A DNA stretch of 64,000 bases, taken from contig NZ_JBKKAD010000168.1 of assembly GCF_046714715.1 (NCBI RefSeq), positions 38,152 to 102,151 of the forward strand. Direction: 5' to 3'. Position 1 is the first letter of the stretch. Each line of letters opens with the position of its first letter. The notes under the pieces are model-generated. The model saw only the letters and a program-made list of their open reading frames with translations. It ran no database searches and had not been told where the DNA came from. Of the stretch, positions 28,685-35,297 are shown piece after piece. The position numbers were made by a program, and so were the translations under genes. The stretch comes from Conyzicola sp. Its GTDB lineage: Bacteria > Actinomycetota > Actinomycetes > Actinomycetales > Microbacteriaceae.

Positions 28685-28732
28685 TCGAAAAGCGAGCCGC
28701 CACTATCACTATCCAACATGGCGGCGGCTCGC
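28685..28732 (-). terminator. rho-independent terminator candidate ending the small Cys-rich ORF / helicase transcription unit
   Basis: 10-bp stem gcgagccgcc / ggcggctcgc (21-nt loop) followed on the minus strand by TTTTCGAAA. Confidence 0.5.
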
Positions 28733-28789
28733 CCTCGTGCGTAACTGCGACGTCAGGCAGCTAAGGCTCGACGAGCATTTTGCTCTTTA

Positions 28790-28939
28790 TTAACCCATAG
28801 CGATGCATTGCTTACAGCGGTCGTTTCCGCCGGTACCGGAAACACGATTGCTCGCGGGGATCTGTTGTCCCGTGGGGCAATGTTCGTGATCATGATAGAC
28901 GTCGGGATCCGACGGGTTTGACGAGTGATATGCGCTCAT
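28790..28939 (-). CDS. hypothetical small Cys-rich protein (49 aa)
   Basis: Not in the ORF track; MSAYHSSNPSDPDVYHDHEHCPTGQQIPASNRVSGTGGNDRCKQCIAMG; strong AAGGAG 6 nt upstream of the ATG; C-x20-C-x2-C spacing. Confidence 0.55.
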   Translation of the reverse strand: MSAYHSSNPSDPDVYHDHEHCPTGQQIPASNRVSGTGGNDRCKQCIAMG

Positions 28940-29017
28940 GACGTTCTCCTTTGAAACATCGTGAGGAGCAAGGTGCCCCTACAACGCAACTGTATGTAAC
29001 GGATGCGGCACAGGGGC

Positions 29018-31105
29018 CTACGAAACGCCGACCCACAGCCCGTCACGCGCTCGCGTCATCGCCACATACAGTGCGCGGCGATCAAGTTCTCGACGCTCGC
29101 TCGATGCGTTGTCAGCGGCGGGTGCAGATTCGAGAAGTGAGCGGGGTGTACGTGCCATCAGTACCTGTTTGAACTCGAGCCCCTTCGCCCGGTGAACGGT
29201 TCCGACCTTCACCGCATCAACTGCTTGACCGCTGTAATGCGTCAGCTCAACCGTGGGGATTCCGGCAGCCTGCAGCGCCTTGACCATGTGAGCAGCCTGC
29301 CAATTGGCGAGTGCGAGCACACCCACATCGCCGTAACTCGTGCCCGTCGCCTTGACAGCCAGAACGTGGTCCACAAGCGATTCGTCGTGGAGGGTGGTTG
29401 AAGCGAACCGTGTAATCATTGGGGCGGGGCCGTGCCTCAGGATCTCCTGTGAAGCATCCGCCATGCTTATCGCGCCCTCGATGTCGACGAATTCGTCGCC
29501 GGCGACAAGCGAGGCGGCGAACTCTACGATCTCGAAGGTATTTCTGTAGTTCGTGGTCATGACAACGCCGCGGCCAGCGATCGACACATTCGCCTCGGCA
29601 AGAGTGAAGCCGCCAGGGTAGATCGTCTGTTGGCCGTCGCCGATCAGGTTGAGCCCGTCGGGCTTGTTGCCAACGAGCGAGTGCAACATTCGCACCATCA
29701 TGCACGTGAGATCCTGAGCCTCGTCAATGATGACCGCGCTGTAGCCTTCGAGCGGCTTCGTCCGTAGCGAGGCAGCGGCGTGCAGGATGACATCGGGGAA
29801 GTCGTAGATCTGGGCTGCGATTCGAGCCTTCTCGTAGGCAACGTAGAAGCGCCACACGTGGCGGCGCTGCTCGACAGTCAGCCGTCGACGTCGCCCGGAA
29901 CGCGCCAGAGCGGAGTACTGATCGATGGTCCGGATGCCACGGCCTTTGATCACTGCATTGATCTCGTCGAGCCAGTAATCGGCTGAAGGGTCGAGCACCT
30001 CAAGGTCGGCGCCATAACGGGACCAAGTGGCGTCGAAGAGGCTCTCAGCCTCTTCATGTTGAAGATTGACGTGCACGCCTCGCTGTTTGAGTACGTCGAG
30101 GGCGAACGAATAGACGCCGTGAAACTCGACGCGGTCACTCACATCGGGAGCGAGCCGCGCGAGTAGCGATTCGAGCACCGCAGGGAGGGTTCGGACGAAC
30201 GCCGTAACGAGTACCTTGCCCTGATTCGATCGCGCCAAATAGGCCGCGCGATGCAAACCGACGACGGTCTTTCCCGTCCCGGCAGCGCCGCGAATCCGCG
30301 AAGGACCGGAAAAGGTCCGATTCACGAGCTTCGCCTGCGTCGGGTGCAGGAACGCCATCCAATCTTCGATCGGAAGCGCCATCACTCCCTCGACGAGTGC
30401 GCTCTCGATCTCGGCGGCCGTCAATCTGTTCACATAGACGGCTTCAGGCAAAAGGTCCGGTAGGTCTTCGGGCAGAACGGGTTCGACGAACGACAGATCC
30501 AGCTCCAGTGAATTGTCGGTCTCATAGATGGGAAAAAGCTCGTCTAAGGCCTCGACGACGTTCGCCAACTGAGCGGTGGAGAGTCGCGCGCCCGCTCGCG
30601 AGATGCGCGTCACCACCTCAGCTTCGGAGAGGAGGGTGACCCCGTAGAGGTCCGTGCTCTTGAAGTTCCGCTTGTCAGTGAAAACCGCCAGCGCGTGAAC
30701 TTCGCCGGGCGCTAGCCCGATGTCCGCGAGAATTGTGCGGGTGGAGTCGGCTAGGTCAGCGATGTTGGCGAAGTCATCCGTGACATCCGCCTGATCCCGA
30801 AAGACGGCCCCGCCGGCGACAGTCACGTCGCGCCACGCTTTGGCGTCGACGATGAAGACTCCGCCCGGACCAGCGACGATGAAGTCGACCTGCGCGCGAC
30901 GGCTTTTCGGCCACCGACGGTCGGCCAACACCGTGTAGCCGCGGCTCTCGAGCACTTCGAGTGTGTGCGCTAGGCGCCGCTCGCTGTGTGCGGCCGCAGC
31001 AAAGCGTCGTTCCATTTCCTTTGCGGCGGTCGCGAGGCGTTCGAGTTCTCCGGCCAGCAAGCCCTGGCGGTGCGACTCGAGTGCGGCGGAATCACCTGCG
31101 GGCAT
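29018..31105 (-). CDS. NERD nuclease domain - UvrD/REP-type SF1 helicase fusion protein
   Basis: 695 aa; NERD-type PD-(D/E)xK motif QVDFIVAGPGGVFIVDAKAW; helicase Walker A GAAGTGKT, motif II VIIDEAQDL, motif VI VGTVHRAKGLEFKQV. Confidence 0.85.
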   Translation of the reverse strand: MPAGDSAALESHRQGLLAGELERLATAAKEMERRFAAAAHSERRLAHTLEVLESRGYTVLADRRWPKSRRAQVDFIVAGPGGVFIVDAKAWRDVTVAGGAVFRDQADVTDDFANIADLADSTRTILADIGLAPGEVHALAVFTDKRNFKSTDLYGVTLLSEAEVVTRISRAGARLSTAQLANVVEALDELFPIYETDNSLELDLSFVEPVLPEDLPDLLPEAVYVNRLTAAEIESALVEGVMALPIEDWMAFLHPTQAKLVNRTFSGPSRIRGAAGTGKTVVGLHRAAYLARSNQGKVLVTAFVRTLPAVLESLLARLAPDVSDRVEFHGVYSFALDVLKQRGVHVNLQHEEAESLFDATWSRYGADLEVLDPSADYWLDEINAVIKGRGIRTIDQYSALARSGRRRRLTVEQRRHVWRFYVAYEKARIAAQIYDFPDVILHAAASLRTKPLEGYSAVIIDEAQDLTCMMVRMLHSLVGNKPDGLNLIGDGQQTIYPGGFTLAEANVSIAGRGVVMTTNYRNTFEIVEFAASLVAGDEFVDIEGAISMADASQEILRHGPAPMITRFASTTLHDESLVDHVLAVKATGTSYGDVGVLALANWQAAHMVKALQAAGIPTVELTHYSGQAVDAVKVGTVHRAKGLEFKQVLMARTPRSLLESAPAADNASSERRELDRRALYVAMTRARDGLWVGVS

Positions 31106-31251
31106 TCGCGGATCCTGTCGTCGTGACGCTCACGGCCGAGCGTCCGTCTCATCCTGCACTAGCTGAGCCTCCCTCGACAGAGGCCAGTTGTGGGGGTAGC
31201 TGACTCCCGTCAGAATTCAATAATGCTGAGATTTACTAGTAGTTTGAACGC

Positions 31252-32973
31252 ATGTTGTCTTGGGGAGTTAGTGATTTCAAATCGCTCGTGTCAGCTCGAT
31301 TGAAACTCGACGGGCGACGGTTAAGCGTTGTGAGCGGTACCAACAGCTCCGGAAAATCGTCACTTTTGCAATCACTATTGCTCCTATCGCAGTCAAGTGC
31401 CGGAGGAGGCGAGCTTGCGCTCAACGGTCGACTGGTGCGTCTGGGTGCGCCTGATGACGTGGTGCGTAACGGTCAAAAGAGTCTCGAGCTCGCCTTCGAA
31501 TTCTCTCCGGTCGAAGGTAGATCGCAAGGACAGACCGCTCCTGAAATGAAAGTGCAGTTTTCCCTTGCCCCAAACGGACCTAGGCTCACCGTCGTTGATG
31601 TCGAGATTTTGGACCTAGCCGACGCAACAGTTGTTTTCGAGGCGACGGTGACTCGGCTGAACCGGGCAGACGTAAAGGCGCTATCTGACCTGCTCAGGGA
31701 CGATTCACTAACGGTGCTCCGAATATCTACGGAGAACCAACGACGCGCTGCAAACAGGATGTATTTGGTTCTGCGAGGTTTGATGCCGGTGGGAATCGCA
31801 CTGATCAGATCGGCCTCGTGGATAGAAAAAACCTATAACGGCTACGTCGAGGACTCGAGCTTCAAGAGCCCCAACGTTCAGGAGAACCCAAACCGGCTAC
31901 GTTCCTTTGTGACGAATGAACTCAGTTTGCTGGTGAACAAACGGGAGTTCATGGCCTCGCACCCCGAAATCGAACCGATTGAAGATCAGTCGCCGATGTA
32001 TCGAACTCGGTGGTCACTTCAAGAGTGGCGATCAATGGAAGCGAATGTCCGCCAAGAGCTGGTGGATTTGGCTATTCGTCAGCGTTCTCGGAACCCCTGG
32101 GTGGTCATTTCGACCAATGGCGCTCGTTTCGACGGGCGGAATCCCACGCGCTATCAAGGGCTCGTAGAGAACGTGGTGGCAAGCGAACACGAGCTAGCTC
32201 TACACCTACTCGCGACAGTGGGGGAGGAAATTGAGAACACGGCGGACGATATCGCATACCTCGGGCCGCTGAGGGACGAACCGAGGGTTGTCCATAGCGC
32301 TTGGGACGAGCGAATGGAATCTTTGCCTGTTGGTATTCGTGGCGAGTTGACTGCCGAAGTGCTAACCCGGCTAAAAGATCATCGGGTGACGTATGGCGAT
32401 TGGGATGGTAAAACCCGAACAGAGAGGCTACCGGAAGCGGTCAGTCGCTGGTGCGAGTACTTGGGCATTGGAGACCACATTGAGGTGATCGATCACGGGA
32501 AACTGGGACGCGGCGTTCGACTTAGAGTTGAGGGCGTTCATCGAGACCTTACGACGATTGGCGTGGGTGCAAGCCAGCTGCTTCCGGTCTTAGTCGCGGC
32601 ATTGGCTATCGACGAGAATTCAATACTTTTGATTGAGCAGCCCGAACTTCACCTGCATCCCGCGGTCCAGTCCCGCCTGGCAGACTTCTTCTTGTTCGCC
32701 CGCCCTGACGTTCGACTCATAGTAGAGACCCATAGTGAGTATCTCGTGACTCGCCTGCGTCGTCGTGTTGCTGAGGGCCGTACGCCTAGCGACGGCATAG
32801 CGGTCATATTCGTGGAGCAGGAGAACGGAGCGTCGACTCTCCGCACCCTTTCGATCGATCAATTCGGGGACATGTCGGAATGGCCCACGGGGTTCTTTGA
32901 CGCGCAGGATTCTGACTCGCTCGCGATTATGAAAGCTGTAGCTAGGACGATGCAAGCCGGGCTCGATTCGTGA
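31252..32973 (+). CDS. ABC-type (AAA_15/AAA_21-like) ATPase with DUF3696-like C-terminal tail
   Basis: 573 aa; N-terminus DFKSL..VVSGTNSSGKSS (Walker A), GVGASQLLPV signature-like, ILLIEQPELHLHP (Walker B/D-loop), VETHS (H-loop), terminal WPTGFFD; no TOPRIM region. Confidence 0.85.
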   Translation: MLSWGVSDFKSLVSARLKLDGRRLSVVSGTNSSGKSSLLQSLLLLSQSSAGGGELALNGRLVRLGAPDDVVRNGQKSLELAFEFSPVEGRSQGQTAPEMKVQFSLAPNGPRLTVVDVEILDLADATVVFEATVTRLNRADVKALSDLLRDDSLTVLRISTENQRRAANRMYLVLRGLMPVGIALIRSASWIEKTYNGYVEDSSFKSPNVQENPNRLRSFVTNELSLLVNKREFMASHPEIEPIEDQSPMYRTRWSLQEWRSMEANVRQELVDLAIRQRSRNPWVVISTNGARFDGRNPTRYQGLVENVVASEHELALHLLATVGEEIENTADDIAYLGPLRDEPRVVHSAWDERMESLPVGIRGELTAEVLTRLKDHRVTYGDWDGKTRTERLPEAVSRWCEYLGIGDHIEVIDHGKLGRGVRLRVEGVHRDLTTIGVGASQLLPVLVAALAIDENSILLIEQPELHLHPAVQSRLADFFLFARPDVRLIVETHSEYLVTRLRRRVAEGRTPSDGIAVIFVEQENGASTLRTLSIDQFGDMSEWPTGFFDAQDSDSLAIMKAVARTMQAGLDS

Positions 32974-33842
32974 GGACGATCGTCTTTGACCCTGGTCTGG
33001 CGCTTTCAACTTTCAGCTCTCCAGTGGAACAAAGTCGTTTCTGGGTTCGTTTTGTCGAATGGGAGCGCGATGAACGCGTCGCAATGGGCAGTGAAACGCA
33101 TGGAGCAGTGAGTCACTTCTACGCGACGCGAGTATGCAGCAGCGGCAGTAGCGTGCCGGCAGGCATGTCCAAAGGGGTGCATCGAGCAATGAAGGCTCTG
33201 CTGAGCCGGCCCCCGCTCAAGAACGCTGATTCGTTTAGAGAGCGAACACTGGACGTAAAGTACCTTGGCAAGGACGCTAACGCCACTATTCTCGCGATTG
33301 ACATCGGGGCCATGCAGCATGCATCCGAGTTGCACCTCGCGATCGCCGCCGAATGCTGGCCTGCTGGTGTAACGGTTGGGCGCGTACTACCCGCTCCGCC
33401 GGAGCGGGTCTTCTTCCAAACGGTGCCGAACTCACCAACTGAATCGGAAAGGTGGGAAGCTCGCGCAGACGCGCTACAAGACTTCAAACTTCTTGTCGTC
33501 GGCGGCCAACCAGACAGGTCTGTTGCGGAATCACTACTTGCGAAACTGAATGTCGACAGATCTCGACTTGTATGGGTCCCCTGTGAGAAGTCCAAACCTC
33601 CGCGAAATCTGGATGCGCAAATCAAAGGTACCCGGGACTCACAAACGATTGTGATTTGCATCACCGGGAAGATGGGGCATTCGACGTCTAACAAAGTTCG
33701 GGAGAACTGCACGAAGGTGGGGATCCCGCTTGTCAACGTGGAGTCTGCGGGTGAGATATTGCCGAAACTTGGAAAGTACGCCGATGCGTTGGTCGCCGCC
33801 GCTCGTCTGGCTCTGAGCACCGGTGCTGACGTGGGAGCCTAG
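32970..33842 (+). CDS. hypothetical protein with DUF2325-like C-terminal domain
   Basis: 290 aa; GTG overlaps the ATPase stop (GTGA); C-terminus LLVVGGQPD..(about 45 aa)..TIVICITGKMGHSTSNKVRENCTKVGIPLVNVES fits the DUF2325 pattern as I recall it; N-terminal 170 aa unrecognised. Confidence 0.6.
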   Translation: MRTIVFDPGLALSTFSSPVEQSRFWVRFVEWERDERVAMGSETHGAVSHFYATRVCSSGSSVPAGMSKGVHRAMKALLSRPPLKNADSFRERTLDVKYLGKDANATILAIDIGAMQHASELHLAIAAECWPAGVTVGRVLPAPPERVFFQTVPNSPTESERWEARADALQDFKLLVVGGQPDRSVAESLLAKLNVDRSRLVWVPCEKSKPPRNLDAQIKGTRDSQTIVICITGKMGHSTSNKVRENCTKVGIPLVNVESAGEILPKLGKYADALVAAARLALSTGADVGA

Positions 33843-33929
33843 AACCACAGCCCCCACATAGAAACCGCATAGCCGCCCCTGTCTAACTAGTCACACCTCG
33901 TTCACCGACTAGTAACCCAGGAGCGCACC

Positions 33930-34547
33930 ATGGTTTCCGCCGTAATGATCGCCATCGATCTGTTCGCCATCTCGATCATGACGTTCGGCATGTATTTCCC
34001 GCGTCACCGGCGCCGCGATCTCGTGGTCGCATTCCTCGGCGTCAACGTGGGCGTGCTCGCCGTGGCGACCGTGCTGGGCTCTTCGGAGGTCGGCGTCGGC
34101 CTGGGGCTCGGCCTCTTCGGCGTCTTGTCGATCATCCGGCTGCGGTCGTCTGAGATCTCGCAGACCGAGGTCGCCTACTACTTCGCGTCCCTCGCGCTCG
34201 GCCTGATGGCCGGACTCAGCACGACTATCAACCCGCTCGTAATCGCCCTGATGGCGCTCATCGTGCTGGTGCTGTTCGTCGGCGACAACCCGCGCCTGTT
34301 CAAGCAGTACCGCCAGCAGACGGTGCAGCTCGACACGGCCTACGCCGACGAGACCAAACTGCGGCTCGAACTCGAGCGCATGCTCGGCGCCCGCGTTCAG
34401 AAGGTCACCGTGCAGCACCTCGACCTCGTGAACGACACGACCCTGGTCGACGTGCGCTACCAGGCCATCAGCAAGCCGCCCACCCAGGCGCGGTTCCTGG
34501 CAGCGGATGACGCCGAGCAGCGCGACCTCGTAGGGAGCACCCGATGA
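33930..34547 (+). CDS. DUF4956 domain membrane protein
   Basis: 205 aa; FGMYFPRHRRRDLVVAFLGVNVGV..GLFGVLSIIRLRS pattern; AGGAG RBS. Confidence 0.75.
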   Translation: MVSAVMIAIDLFAISIMTFGMYFPRHRRRDLVVAFLGVNVGVLAVATVLGSSEVGVGLGLGLFGVLSIIRLRSSEISQTEVAYYFASLALGLMAGLSTTINPLVIALMALIVLVLFVGDNPRLFKQYRQQTVQLDTAYADETKLRLELERMLGARVQKVTVQHLDLVNDTTLVDVRYQAISKPPTQARFLAADDAEQRDLVGSTR

Positions 34548-35287
34548 ACCACCTCGACACCATCTCGCTCGACGAGCTGATCGCCGCCGCCGCGCTGCAG
34601 ACCCGGGTCGACCGCAAGTACATCCTTCGGGCGCACGAGGCGGATGCCGTGCTCGAAAAATTGGATGCGACGACGCGCGTTCTCGAGATCGACGGGCAGC
34701 GGGCATCCAACTATGAGTCCGTCTACTTCGACACCCCCGGACTGCTGAGCTACCGCATGGCAGCCACCGGACGCCGCCGGCGCTTCAAGCTACGCACGCG
34801 CAGCTACGTCGACACCGCCGAGTCGTACCTCGAGATGAAGACGCGCGGCGCCCGCGGCACGACGATAAAAGACCGCCTGCCCTACCTGATGCGCGACCGC
34901 GACGCCCTCACACCCGACGGGCGCGAATATGCGGATGCGGCCCTCGATGGCATCGGAATCGACCACCCGGAGCAACTCGACCTCGTGCCCACCCTGGTCA
35001 CCCGCTACCGCCGAGCGACTCTGTATGTGCCGAACTCGCAGAGCCGCGCGACCGTCGACACCGACCTCAGTTGGGAGACCAACGACGGCGCAGTTCTGCG
35101 GCTGCCGCGCTCGGTGATCATCGAGACCAAGTCTGGTCAGCGCACCAGCGACGTCGACCGACTCCTCTGGTCGCACGGACACCGCCCGGCCACGATCTCC
35201 AAATTCGGAACCGGCTTAGCCGCCATGCGGCACGATCTTCCCTCCAACAAATGGGCGCGCGTACTGCGCCACCACTTCGACGCTTAG
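34544..35287 (+). CDS. VTC domain (polyphosphate polymerase-like) protein
   Basis: 247 aa; RVDRKYIL.., YESVYFDTPGLLSY, RRRFKLRTRSY, EMKTRG motifs; 4-nt overlap with the upstream gene. Confidence 0.75.
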   Translation: MNHLDTISLDELIAAAALQTRVDRKYILRAHEADAVLEKLDATTRVLEIDGQRASNYESVYFDTPGLLSYRMAATGRRRRFKLRTRSYVDTAESYLEMKTRGARGTTIKDRLPYLMRDRDALTPDGREYADAALDGIGIDHPEQLDLVPTLVTRYRRATLYVPNSQSRATVDTDLSWETNDGAVLRLPRSVIIETKSGQRTSDVDRLLWSHGHRPATISKFGTGLAAMRHDLPSNKWARVLRHHFDA

Positions 35288-35297
35288 GACCCACATC

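Larger units (their letters stand above)
28680..33900. other. low-GC genomic island (candidate defence island)
   Basis: Hand-counted GC of 60-nt lines: 38% (31201), 55% (31741), 58% (30001), versus 67% (28561) and 70% (34081) in the flanks; A/T-rich codons; contents listed below. Confidence 0.7.

Noticed and set aside
28951-29172. 73-aa plus-strand ORF at the left end of the island
   Set aside because: It overlaps the 3' end of the helicase gene on the opposite strand and has no RBS or recognisable features.
29018-33842. Calling the locus a bona fide Gabija (GajA/GajB), Septu or PARIS system
   Set aside because: The ATPase has no TOPRIM domain. The partner protein has no HNH or DUF4435 motifs. 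The helicase carries an extra NERD domain and is divergently transcribed. Only the generic ATPase and helicase cores are shared.
33843-33929. Degenerate right half of a GAGTAG-element, or a target-site duplication, at the right island boundary (catagaaaccgcatagccgcccct..)
   Set aside because: Only about 7 of 10 matches to the tatcgaagcc at the left boundary, and a weak resemblance to the element arm. Too weak to call without an alignment to an empty site.
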